A stretch of 64,000 nt of DNA from Candidatus Moraniibacteriota bacterium (GTDB lineage Bacteria > Patescibacteriota > Minisyncoccia > Moranbacterales > UBA1568): assembly GCA_043743535.1 (NCBI GenBank), contig JAYTWI010000009.1, forward strand, positions 67,407-131,406. Direction: 5' to 3'. The notes beneath the pieces are model-generated. The model was not told the origin of the DNA and did not search any database. It saw only the letters and a list, made by a program, of their open reading frames with translations. Shown piece by piece: positions 55,321-64,000 of the stretch; the stretch's first letter is position 1, and each line of letters starts with the position of its first letter. Made by a program: the position numbers and the translations under genes.

Positions 55321-56139
55321 ATGCAGACTATAACGTCACCGCAGCAGCCAAAGTACACTTCGCTCGGGGAAAACCACGGGAAGTTTGAAATTCTCGGTTG
55401 TCATCCTGGCTACGGGACTACCTTGGGCAACGCTTTGCGCCGGGTTATCTTATCATCACTCGACGGCGCCGCCGCTCACTCAGTCAAGATTACGGGCGTT
55501 TCTCACGAGTTCTCTACCATCGATGGGGTGATGGAGGATGTGGTGCAAATTATCCTGAACTTGAAGCAGGTGCGTTTTCGTTTGCACGGCGATGAGCCAG
55601 TCAAGATCTCTCTCAAAAGCAAGGGCGAGGGCGTGGTGACAGCCGCCGCTTTCAAGACGACCTCCAATATCGAAGTGGTCAATCCTAACCAAGTCATCTT
55701 CACTATTTCGGAAAAGAAAACGGAAGTGGAAATGGAAATTGAAGTCGACAAGGGTTTGGGCTATGTGCCAGTAGAACATCGTGAGAAGAGCGATGATCGC
55801 GAGATTGGCGTGATTGCTATCGATGCCATCTATACTCCGGTCAAGCGCGTGAATTACGAGGTAGAAAACATGCGTGTCGGCAAACGCACAGATTATGACA
55901 AAATTACTCTTGAGATTGTGACGGATGGTACTGTTTCTCCAATAGCGGCTTTCGAGAAGAGTGTGGCTATCTTGGTTGGCCAATTCTCTGCTCTCGGGGC
56001 GATGGAGAGTGACGCCGTCCTAGCAACGGAAGTTGAAGTGACCGAAGCGGCAACTGTAGAGGCACCGGTGGAAGCAGTGAAAGAAAAAAAGAAAGTTGTC
56101 CGCAAGAAAAAGACAGACGCTCAGGTAGAGACGGAATAA
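55321..56139 (+). CDS. rpoA: DNA-directed RNA polymerase alpha subunit, N-terminal (assembly) domain only; C-terminal domain replaced by a charged low-complexity tail
   Basis: LGCHPGYGTTLGNALRRVILSSLDGAA... matches the alpha-NTD through ~residue 225. The ORF ends at 272 aa with ...EAVKEKKKVVRKKKTDAQVETE. No HhH alpha-CTD follows before rplQ. Confidence 0.8.
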   Translation: MQTITSPQQPKYTSLGENHGKFEILGCHPGYGTTLGNALRRVILSSLDGAAAHSVKITGVSHEFSTIDGVMEDVVQIILNLKQVRFRLHGDEPVKISLKSKGEGVVTAAAFKTTSNIEVVNPNQVIFTISEKKTEVEMEIEVDKGLGYVPVEHREKSDDREIGVIAIDAIYTPVKRVNYEVENMRVGKRTDYDKITLEIVTDGTVSPIAAFEKSVAILVGQFSALGAMESDAVLATEVEVTEAATVEAPVEAVKEKKKVVRKKKTDAQVETE

Positions 56140-56166
56140 ACAGACTACTTCTCAGCAAGAAATCCT

Positions 56167-56532
56167 ATGAAGCACAGACACTCCGGCCGCGTACTCGGTC
56201 GAGTCCGCAATCAGCGTAATGCCCTCATCAAGACTCTCTTGGGGAGTTTGGTAATGTATGAACACATCACCACCACAGAGGCCAAGGCCAAGGAAGTGAA
56301 GAACTTTATTGACCAGGTGATCAACAAGTCCAAAGTGGCGCGGGCTGATACCAAACGCCGAGTGGCGATGATTCGTCATTTGCAGCGCCAAGTTCCAGCC
56401 ATGGCCACCAAGAAATTGCTCAGTGATTTCGGAACCCGCTTCGAAGGCCGCACCTGTGGCTATGTCCGGGTCATTAAGCTCGAGCCTAGGAAGAGTGATG
56501 GCGCTCATATGGCTATTATCGAATTTGTCTAA
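56167..56532 (+). CDS. rplQ: 50S ribosomal protein L17
   Basis: MKHRHSGRVLGRVRNQRNALIKTLL... Confidence 0.9.
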   Translation: MKHRHSGRVLGRVRNQRNALIKTLLGSLVMYEHITTTEAKAKEVKNFIDQVINKSKVARADTKRRVAMIRHLQRQVPAMATKKLLSDFGTRFEGRTCGYVRVIKLEPRKSDGAHMAIIEFV

Positions 56533-56542
56533 AGTTACCCTT

Positions 56543-56956
56543 ATGGCGAAAGTGAAACACATGATTGATCGCAAGTACCATCTCTTTGATGCCAAGGGGA
56601 AAATTTTGGGTCGTTTGGCGACCGAAATTTCGGCGCTTCTGACTGGCAAGAGCAAGGTGACCTACGCCCCGCATATCGATGGAGGGGACTTTGTAGTGGT
56701 CATCAATACTGATTTGGTAGCGGTGACTGGCAACAAAGCTGACGATAAGATGTACCACCGTTTCAGCGGCTATCCCGGCGGCATTACCTCGATCGCTTTC
56801 AAAGACCAGCAGAAGAAAGACTCACGCAAACTCGTCTATCAGGCACTGTATGGAATGTTGCCCAAGAACAAACTGCGTGGTCGGATGCTGACTCGTCTGC
56901 ATCTTTACAAAGACGCCAATCATACTGAGAAAATCATTCACGTAACCCACGACTAG
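56543..56956 (+). CDS. rplM: 50S ribosomal protein L13
   Basis: DAKGKILGRLATEISALLTGKSK..YAPHIDGGDFVVVINTD..AVTGNK. The track ORF from 56423 is over-extended. ATG at 56543. Confidence 0.85.
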   Translation: MAKVKHMIDRKYHLFDAKGKILGRLATEISALLTGKSKVTYAPHIDGGDFVVVINTDLVAVTGNKADDKMYHRFSGYPGGITSIAFKDQQKKDSRKLVYQALYGMLPKNKLRGRMLTRLHLYKDANHTEKIIHVTHD

Positions 56957-56958
56957 CT

Positions 56959-57480
56959 ATGGCCACTTCCAAAGTAACAACTGAAACTGAAGTAGCACAA
57001 CCCGTGGTCAAGACGGTCAAGAAAGCTGTGGCCAAAAAGGTAGCGCCAAAAGCGGCTCCGAAAGTAGCCAAGAAGGCGGAAGTAGCCGCACGCTATCTGT
57101 ATGCTGTCGGACGACGTAAAACAGCCGTCGCTCAGGTACGCCTCTACCCAGTGGCCAAGTCTGAAGGAGTAACTGTCAATAAGAAAACTATCCGCGAATA
57201 TTTTGGTACTGTGGCTTTGGAGGCACAGGCGCTCCTTCCGCTCAAAACTGCTGGTCTCGAGGAATCATTCACCGTGACGGTGGTGGTACGTGGTGGGGGG
57301 CTACATGGTCAGGCTGACGCCATCAAGCTCGGTGTGGCTCGCGCTCTTATCCTCCACGATATTTTGCTCCGTCCGACTTTGAAAGCCTTAGGATTTTTGA
57401 CCCGTGATGCTCGCGCCGTGGAGCGCAAGAAGCCAGGTTTGAAGAAAGCTCGTCGCGCTCCACAGTGGAGCAAACGGTAA
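56959..57480 (+). CDS. rpsI: 30S ribosomal protein S9 (with Lys/Ala-rich N-terminal extension)
   Basis: YLYAVGRRKTAVAQVRL ... KPGLKKARRAPQWSKR. Confidence 0.9.
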   Translation: MATSKVTTETEVAQPVVKTVKKAVAKKVAPKAAPKVAKKAEVAARYLYAVGRRKTAVAQVRLYPVAKSEGVTVNKKTIREYFGTVALEAQALLPLKTAGLEESFTVTVVVRGGGLHGQADAIKLGVARALILHDILLRPTLKALGFLTRDARAVERKKPGLKKARRAPQWSKR

Positions 57481-57514
57481 GCGAAACATTTTTCAGATTT
57501 CTGTACTGCAAAAC

Positions 57515-58705
57515 TTAAAACTCCGGCAATCCGGAGTTTTTGCTTGGTGGAAAGCAAGAGTACTTCACGCAGCTTTTTTGAGCGGAGGCATGATAGGGCC
57601 GATCGAGAAAACGCATAACATCCTGGCAATCCGTGTTTTCGTCTGACCCTACTTGTTTAAGGTAAGTGTCAATGTCAAAATCCTTTAGTTCGTCATTAAT
57701 CCAAAGCTTTGCCAGTTCATGATTCATGAGTCCGTGGTTTGTTTCTTCGACGAGAATGGAGAGAGTACGGAAAATAGGGAAGGCTTTTTTGTAGGGTCTA
57801 TCTGAACGCAGAGCATCAAAAACGTCTGCCAGACGGAGCGTAGCCAAGAGGGCACTCACCTGCACTACTTCCTTTGAAATAGGTCGGGTTTCTTCTCGGC
57901 CTACGGCTTTTTCGTGGTGGTTACCGATCAGGGGAAGAATGGGACTTCCTGGGAAGTAGCGCGTCGCGATCTCGACTGAGACATCTTGGTGTGTGGCGAT
58001 GAGTGCGCCGAGCGATTGATTCGTGTCTATGCCCCGCCTCTGCAGTGAGGTATTTTCCTCTTTAGATAGGGCGACTGCAAGTGGGGTGAGGTCTTTGGGG
58101 CGCAAGTGGGGTTGGCTCGCGAGCGTGGTCGCGTAATCGGCGATTTTTTTCTTGGCAACCTCCGGAGAAAAAGAATTGTGACAGAATTGTTCGAAGAACG
58201 TGCGCCAATGGGTATCAGTAAGATAGTTATTGAGGATAGCGGGTTTGGGGGTAAGAATGATTTTTCCCATATCATGGAGCAAACAGGCGTGCTCAATATC
58301 CCAAGGTACTAGGCCTTCTTTTTTTATTTCCTGGCGTAGATATTCACCCACCGGACCAAGACTTTGGATTTTTTGGTGAGCTATTTGGTACGTCCGCAGG
58401 CAGTGTTCAAATGTTTCATGGTCGAAAAGTTCGAGAATGGTGAGCATTTCCCAATCTCCACTCATCAGTAACTTTTTGTTATCACCAAGGATTGCTTCAC
58501 TTCGTTTTTTGGTGCGCTCCATGGCCTCTTCGAGTAGTCCCCCATGCTCCTTTTTGGAAAAAGTATGGAGAATGGTTTCGTAGTTCCCAAGCTGGCAAAT
58601 ATCACGAGCCACCGCTTCATGATCCCACCTTTCTTCTTCGCTTCCATGTTTCTGTGCGCGCGAAGGAGAAATAATTTCTAAAGGCCTGCCAAATTCATGA
58701 GGCAT
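57515..58705 (-). CDS. HD-GYP-type metal-dependent phosphohydrolase
   Basis: CLLHDMGK (HD), GNHHEKAVGREETRP (cf. HHExxDGxGYP) and DVFDALRSDRPYKKAF (cf. DxxDALxxxRPYK). Confidence 0.65.
   Translation of the reverse strand: MPHEFGRPLEIISPSRAQKHGSEEERWDHEAVARDICQLGNYETILHTFSKKEHGGLLEEAMERTKKRSEAILGDNKKLLMSGDWEMLTILELFDHETFEHCLRTYQIAHQKIQSLGPVGEYLRQEIKKEGLVPWDIEHACLLHDMGKIILTPKPAILNNYLTDTHWRTFFEQFCHNSFSPEVAKKKIADYATTLASQPHLRPKDLTPLAVALSKEENTSLQRRGIDTNQSLGALIATHQDVSVEIATRYFPGSPILPLIGNHHEKAVGREETRPISKEVVQVSALLATLRLADVFDALRSDRPYKKAFPIFRTLSILVEETNHGLMNHELAKLWINDELKDFDIDTYLKQVGSDENTDCQDVMRFLDRPYHASAQKSCVKYSCFPPSKNSGLPEF
57521..57541. terminator. Bidirectional intrinsic terminator (CTCCGGcaatCCGGAG + T-run) at the convergence of the r-protein operon and the HD-GYP gene
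   Basis: AAAACTCCGGCAATCCGGAGTTTTT. The hairpin overlaps the last codons of the minus-strand gene. Confidence 0.65.
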
Positions 58706-58719
58706 ATTGTCGTTATTAT

Positions 58720-60195
58720 TTATAAACCGAAAAGATTAGTAGAGGGGCTGATGAGGGAGACCGAAGTAACGGTGTTGTTGGTCATATTTGGGTCTTTGAG
58801 AGTTCGTACGACGTAGAGAGTACCTTCGTTAAAACGAGGTAGGACTTGTAAGAGTGGAGTATCGAAGGTCAACAAATCAGCAAAATCTCGCCGGTCACGA
58901 CTGTCGAGTTCGGCTATTTTAACATTCTGACCGATAGTGAAGAGAATATGTTCGTAGTCGCCTGACCACAGGACATTGTGGATGGAGCTGGAAAAACGGG
59001 CAATCTGGATGATGCTATCCATCGCGCGCATCGGTTGAGCCTGCCAATCTTGATTGAAGTAGACCGATGCCTCATTATCACTGTAAAAGAGGAGTTTCTT
59101 GCCATCATCTGAGTACTGGACACCCTGAATACCTTGGCCGATTGCTTTGAGCGGGTTTTCGGTCACCTGTTTGTTGTAAACGAAAAGTTTACCGGAGGAA
59201 TGGTTGATGACCGCAAGGTACTCCTTGTTATACGTGATGAGCGTGTAGGTGTTGGAAGCTTCAATGGGAAGGGGCGTGGGAGTGATTTGCTTGGGAGTGG
59301 CGTCGGTACTACTGGCTGGGATTTGATAGACAATGCCATTTTCACTGCTCAAATAATAGATATTGCGTCCAGAGATGTCATAGGCTGCCACCTGATTTTT
59401 GACCAAGATGGGCAGTGGTTTGATCTCCGCACTGTCGATGCGGTAGAGTGCGCCTTGGTTGAGAAAGAAGAGGAAATTTTTTGCGGTAGCATCCCAACGT
59501 ACGTCAGTGATGGTAGTTTTTGTTTGGGCCAAATCGTTGAGGGAAAGACTTTTTTTGGTGGTGATATCACTGATGATATAGATGAGGTGGCCATTTTCCA
59601 AGAGAGGGATACAAAGCTTGTGGCTTTCAGGCGACCACTCGATGTTCGCTCGGGATTGAGGAGAAAATGAAGCGGTGGTGGTGGCAAATACTTCTTCGCT
59701 TTCTTCAGCCTTAGGGTCGATGATTTCTACACTGTAGCGGTTGTCGGACTTTTTGACGGTAGCAAGTAGTCCGTTGGGGGCGGGGAAGAGCTTGATAACT
59801 TGCTCAGTATGGGGGACAGGCAGTTGTTCGTAATTTTCTTTCACCAGAAAGACGTTCCAAAATTCCGTAGTGAGACCGCTTTGGATGACTACTTTTTTAC
59901 TCCATTTCTTGTAGCCCTTGGCGCCAACTTCTACGAAGTGTTCGTCGGGGTTGAGACCCGTGACATGGATGGAATTATTGAGGAGGCCTAACCGCTGCTT
60001 GGGCACCACGACACCATCGATCGTGATGATGACAGGGTCGGTATTGATTTTGAGTGACAGTGAACCGGTGGAAATGAAAATACCACGTTCAAAGCTGAAA
60101 CGGTAGCCAAAAGTGTAGAACACGACAGAGCTGGCCGTTACGAAAAAAGTTACGACAAAAAGAGCGAAAAGATAAGGGCGCAGGCGTTTGAGCAT
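58720..60195 (-). CDS. Hypothetical secreted/membrane-anchored protein with PEGA-like domain and beta-propeller-like repeats
   Basis: N-terminal TM. LKINTDPVIITIDGVVVPK...VEVGAKGYKKWSKKVVIQSG resembles PEGA. The rest is beta-rich. Confidence 0.45.
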   Translation of the reverse strand: MLKRLRPYLFALFVVTFFVTASSVVFYTFGYRFSFERGIFISTGSLSLKINTDPVIITIDGVVVPKQRLGLLNNSIHVTGLNPDEHFVEVGAKGYKKWSKKVVIQSGLTTEFWNVFLVKENYEQLPVPHTEQVIKLFPAPNGLLATVKKSDNRYSVEIIDPKAEESEEVFATTTASFSPQSRANIEWSPESHKLCIPLLENGHLIYIISDITTKKSLSLNDLAQTKTTITDVRWDATAKNFLFFLNQGALYRIDSAEIKPLPILVKNQVAAYDISGRNIYYLSSENGIVYQIPASSTDATPKQITPTPLPIEASNTYTLITYNKEYLAVINHSSGKLFVYNKQVTENPLKAIGQGIQGVQYSDDGKKLLFYSDNEASVYFNQDWQAQPMRAMDSIIQIARFSSSIHNVLWSGDYEHILFTIGQNVKIAELDSRDRRDFADLLTFDTPLLQVLPRFNEGTLYVVRTLKDPNMTNNTVTSVSLISPSTNLFGL

Positions 60196-60356
60196 AGTCT
60201 AAAAAGAGTTTACGAAACGCTGTCTCCTTCTAGTATACCTCAAAAAATGAGAACACTCTAGGGTTGAAAAATAGCTTGATAAAGGCATATTTTCGATTAT
60301 TTTGTTTAGGCATATTTTTGACAAAGGAGTGCTCTGCGGTGTAAGCTATAGGGGCG

Positions 60357-60902
60357 TTGCGCAAGAATAGGTGTGTTTACTCAGAATGTCCACTGTCTAT
60401 GGTTTGGTTCAACAGTTTCATCTCCGCTCTGCACATTCCAAACAATCTGGCGGGGGACTTGTCTCTCTTTTTGTTTTTTATTGCCCTTAGTCTAGTTTTT
60501 GGTTTTGTTTTCGGACGGTGGAAGTTGGTCAATATTCTGATCAATGTCTATATCGCCCTGGCTCTGGCTAATATTTTGCCTAAAGAACTCTTGGCCTTCT
60601 CGATATATGCTAAGGCTGTTGTTTTTGTCACGCTGCTCGTTTTTTTGACTGCGGTTGATGATCGTCTGTTCGATGTCCATATTACCAACGCTGGCACTGA
60701 CTTTTTTTGGCGTCTTTTTGTGATGAGCATCATGGTGACCGGCATGGTGTTGAGCTCCGCCCTTTCCTTGGTGCCCAAGGCGTTTGCCTTAAGCTATATT
60801 TCCGCGGCTGCCTATGGCTACTTTGCTTCCCCCTTCGCCCTGATTTTCTGGATGACTATTCCACTTTTACTCCTTCTCTTTATCAACAATCGATTGAAGT
60901 AG
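60357..60902 (+). CDS. Hypothetical integral membrane protein (~5 TM)
   Basis: Hydrophobic ORF. Confidence 0.4.
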   Translation: MRKNRCVYSECPLSMVWFNSFISALHIPNNLAGDLSLFLFFIALSLVFGFVFGRWKLVNILINVYIALALANILPKELLAFSIYAKAVVFVTLLVFLTAVDDRLFDVHITNAGTDFFWRLFVMSIMVTGMVLSSALSLVPKAFALSYISAAAYGYFASPFALIFWMTIPLLLLLFINNRLK

Positions 60903-60940
60903 GACAGGTCAGCATTGTTCGTGGATGACTGACAAAAAAT

Positions 60941-61021
60941 AATAGGTATTTATCTGATTTTACCAGCACTCGCTTGCGGAAACGGAAGTAAACTTTCGTT
61001 TCGCTCACTTCGTTTGGTAAT
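60941..61021 (+). repeat. Structured repeat family copy C
   Basis: AATAGGTATTTATCTGATTTTACCAGCACTCGCTTGCGGAAACGGAAGTAAACTTTCGTTTCGCTCACTTCGTTTGGTAAT. Confidence 0.85.
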
Positions 61022-61101
61022 GAAAAGCCGCAGGGAGAACATGTCTCGCTGCGGTTTGTTGGTGCTTGACGCGTGCTTGTTAGCGTGGGTTATGACGAGG
61101 C

Positions 61102-61539
61102 CTACTGCCTGATGATTCCCATACGCCCCCCCTTTTTTTTGGAAATTATCCGGATTATTGGTCGGCACGCCCGAGGGATGCTGAGGAGCGTCAACAGCAG
61201 GCCAGATGCCAGCCAGAGTGGCCACCAGCCGAATGAATGGCTCTTTTCGCGTGTCAAGACTAAGAACAGTAAAGCAATCATTGGCGGTAATACGAACCAG
61301 AAGGTCAATCCCAGTCCGTGTTTGTGCCACTTGAAACGGTTGATTGCGAGAATGGCCACGATGACCAGATAGAGCACAATCATCAGGATTAGAGCGCTAT
61401 TACCACTGGTGGCGGTCAGCTGGCCATGCTTGCGAGCAAGTGAGAGGTACCACTCGCCAGCCCCGAGACAGAGAACCATGATGGCTGCTGCTCCGATAGC
61501 AGCCATCATGATGCGGAGGAGAGATTTAAAGAACTGCAT
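61102..61539 (-). CDS. Hypothetical small membrane protein
   Basis: Hydrophobic ORF. AAGGAAG SD-like motif before the M at 61539. Confidence 0.35.
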   Translation of the reverse strand: MQFFKSLLRIMMAAIGAAAIMVLCLGAGEWYLSLARKHGQLTATSGNSALILMIVLYLVIVAILAINRFKWHKHGLGLTFWFVLPPMIALLFLVLTREKSHSFGWWPLWLASGLLLTLLSIPRACRPIIRIISKKKGGRMGIIRQ

Positions 61540-61827
61540 ACTGATCTTCCTTTGGTTTACCAAACGGCTTGTTTGGGGTTGTCCGTATTATACAACCCTC
61601 GTCCTGATTGTAAATGGCCGACGGAGGCTCAAGCGGGCATCATCGCTGTCCGTAATCATGACGGCGAAGAACAGCAGGCCGAGCAGAAAGAGGGGGAGAC
61701 GCGCCAGAACCAATAGCAATCCGTGCTGCAAACAGAAAAAAATATAGTATACGTTGGCTTGTTTCCGTCTTTATTGACAGTTCGTTTTTGTTGCGTGGTG
61801 CATCAGACCAGGGAGTCCTAGGCGGCC

Positions 61828-61855
61828 TTGACACGCTCTTAATACTTGCTATACT
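61828..61855 (+). promoter_or_regulatory. Putative rRNA operon promoter (-35 TTGACA, 16 bp spacer, -10 TATACT)
   Basis: cTTGACAcgctcttaatacttgcTATACTggg, ~290 nt upstream of 16S. Confidence 0.5.
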
Positions 61856-61930
61856 GGGTAAGCAATCTAGAAGCCATGTGGTCATGGGTTGCTTTTGTTT
61901 CTATCTGTTTTTCTAAACAGGGTGAACCGT

Positions 61931-61946
61931 AACTTAACAATTTAAG
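61931..61946 (+). promoter_or_regulatory. boxA-like antitermination element in rRNA leader
   Basis: AACTTAACAATTTAAG resembles the E. coli boxA core CTTTAACAATTTA. Confidence 0.4.
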
Positions 61947-62150
61947 AGCCGTTCAAAATTATGCGCACGCATGGTTTTGGACAAACAATAAACAAATCAC
62001 AATTTTTTGTGGTTAGTCCTTGTCTTTTATTTCCTTCGGGAGAAAAAAGATAATTACGGAAAACTCTATTCTATTATCGAATCTGAAATTCCGGCGAGTG
62101 AAGTATATCGCCGGGAGTTTGCGCAAGCGAATGATTCATATATTTCTATT

Positions 62151-62190
<40 letters not shown>

Positions 62191-62347
62191 GATAAGGCAT
62201 GCAAGTCGAGTGGGTTTAGACCCACGGCAAACGGGTTCAGATAACATAGGAATCTACCCTCGAGTCGTGAATAATTCGGAGAAATCCGAGCTAATGCACG
62301 ATGCCCTCTACGGAGGAAAGATTTATCGCTCGAGGAGGAGCCTGTGT

Positions 62348-62385
<38 letters not shown>

Positions 62386-63237
62386 TATGACGGGTAGGGG
62401 GTATGAGAGTATGGCCCCCAACATTGGAACTGAGACACTGTCCAAACACCTACGGGTGGCTGCAGTCGAGAATATTCCACAATGGACGAAAGTCTGATGG
62501 AGCGACGCCGCGTGCGGGATGAAGGTCTTAGGATTGTAAACCGCTTTTTTCAGGGAGCAATTTCGATGAGAGTACCTGAAGAATAAGAGGTTACTAACTC
62601 TGTGCCAGCAGTAGCGGTAATACAGAGACCTCAAGCGTTATCCGGATTTATTGGGCGTAAAGCGTAGGTAGGCGGCTTTGTTAGTCGGATGTCAAAGCTC
62701 GGGGCTCAACCCCGAAAAGGCATTCGAAACGGCATAGCTAGAGAGTGTGAGAGATCAGTGGAATTTATGGTGTAGTAGTGAAATGCGTTGATATCATAAA
62801 GAACACCCAAGGCGAAGGCAACTGATTGGCACATTTCTGACGCTGAGCTACGAAAGCGTGGGTAGCGAATGGGATTAGATACCCCAGTAGTCCACGCCCT
62901 AAACTTTGTTCTCTCGCTATACGGAGTATCGACCCTCTGTGTGGCTAAGCTAACGCGTTAAGAGAACCGCCTGGGTAGTACGATCGCAAGATTAAAACTC
63001 AAAGGAATAGACGGGGACTTGCACAAGCGGTGGATTATGTGGTTTAATTCGATGGTACACGAAAAACCTTACCAGGGCTAGATATTCTATGGAAAGACCT
63101 AGGAAACTAGGTAACTCCGCAAGGACCGTAGGACAGGTGATGCATGGCCGTCGTCAGTTCGTGGTTTGAACTGTTCCCTTAAGTGGGGTAACGAACGCAA
63201 CCCTTGTCGTCTGTTACAAGTGTCAGGCGAGACTGCC

Positions 63238-63360
63238 CAGCCCGGAGCGCACGATGCGTGCGCGAGTATAAAGTATGGCGTATGACGTATAGAGTATAGA
63301 TACTCAATACACGATACCCCATACTCTCTACTTGCGATTCTCATCGCGAATTGTGGGCTG
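63238..63360 (+). other. ~123 nt insertion/expansion segment within 16S helix 40 region (between GACTGCC and GGAGGAAGG)
   Basis: The canonical 13-nt hairpin GGTGATAAACCGG is replaced by CAGCCCGGAGCGCACGATGCGTGCGC...GCGATTCTCATCGC...GGGCTG, which contains several perfect local hairpins. Confidence 0.5.
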
Positions 63361-63585
63361 GGAGGAAGGCGGGGATGACGCCAGGTCAGCATGTCCCTAG
63401 ATGCCCTGGGCTACACACATAATACAATGGGGAGTACAACGGGCAGCGACACAGCAATGTTGAGCTAATCCTTAAAAACTCCCCCCAGTTCGGATTGGGG
63501 TCTGCAACTCGACCCCATGAAGCCGGAATCGCTAGTAATCGCGGGTCAGCCATACCGCGGTGAATACGTTCTCAAGTCTTGTACT

Positions 63586-64000
63586 CACAAGAACCGCGCA
63601 CAGCGGGTAATATTGCCAAGTCGTTCAAATCGACTCCTTCGTCTCGTCGACGAAGCGTAGCAGAAAGATAGTTCATTCCCGCGAGGGAATGAGCGGAGGA
63701 TCTGGATGCAAATCATAGCCTCGAAAGATGCACTGTCCATACAGTGCGGAAAAGCGGTGATTGAGCCATGAAAATAGGCGGTGAGCATGGTGAAAATCAA
63801 ACAAAACCGCATCTTGGATGTGAAGAAAGGGAGTATTACTTACCTGTGGAGAGCTCATGTTGTTACGCCGCGTAAGTGGCGTATAATGAAACTTATGCAA
63901 CATGAGCAGTCAGCTGGACTATAGTATCCGTCTTTATAAGACGAGAGAAGGGTCCACTCGATGCAAATTGGTATGGAATTAACACCAGAATATATTGTTG
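63586..64000 (+). mobile_element. Probable self-splicing (group I-like) intron inserted in 16S at E. coli position ~1395, carrying the start of a LAGLIDADG-type homing endonuclease ORF at 63961
   Basis: 16S homology stops inside the universally conserved TGTACACACCGCCCGTC. The following 375 nt contain stable hairpins such as TCATTCCCgcgaGGGAATGA (GNRA loop), GCACTGTccataCAGTGC and CTTCGTCtcgtcGACGAAG. An ORF begins MQIGMELTPEYIV..., cf. LAGLIDADG N-termini ...EYIVGFVDGEG. Confidence 0.45.

Overview
This 64 kb window looks like a chromosomal segment from a small-genome bacterium, most consistent with a Candidate Phyla Radiation / Patescibacteria (possibly Saccharibacteria-like) organism. Evidence for that placement: compact gene spacing, frequent TAATG/ATGA start-stop overlaps, two GT-C (GT39-like) membrane glycosyltransferases, ribosomal proteins with Lys/Ala-rich extensions, a 16S rRNA gene with a large helix expansion and an intron near position ~1395, and background GC of roughly 45-50%. 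Housekeeping content: map (5' partial), ruvX/yqgF, a galT-like HIT transferase, a tpiA-fba-gap glycolytic block, murD, murA, an MraY/WecA-family transferase, uppS, a polyprenyl synthase, mreB, two GT4 and two GT39-like glycosyltransferases, holB, a CsoR/RcnR-family repressor next to glutamate dehydrogenase, trxB, rmuC, the prfA-prmC operon, rpmE, rpsB-tsf, a tRNA cluster (Thr-Tyr-Thr ... rpmG ... Trp), the infA-rpmJ-rpsM-rpsK-rpsD-rpoA-rplQ-rplM-rpsI operon, an HD-GYP protein, and a partial 16S rRNA. Accessory or unusual content: (1) a ~930 bp high-GC (~60%) single-gene cassette inserted at the 3' end of ruvX, bounded by ~63 bp direct repeats and carrying a 22 bp perfect-stem inverted repeat; (2) two small islets flanked by duplicated tRNA 3' ends (tRNA-Tyr and tRNA-Thr), carrying a pseudogene fragment, a hydrolase/P-loop-kinase pair and an AT-rich orphan gene; (3) a three-copy ~80 nt structured repeat family; (4) a ~12 kb block of large uncharacterised proteins (621 aa, 1384 aa, small proteins, a 786 aa membrane protein) around a VirB4/TraC-like type IV secretion ATPase. 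The fourth item is my best candidate for an undescribed surface or host-interaction apparatus. All functional calls are from motif recognition by eye, with no database searches run.
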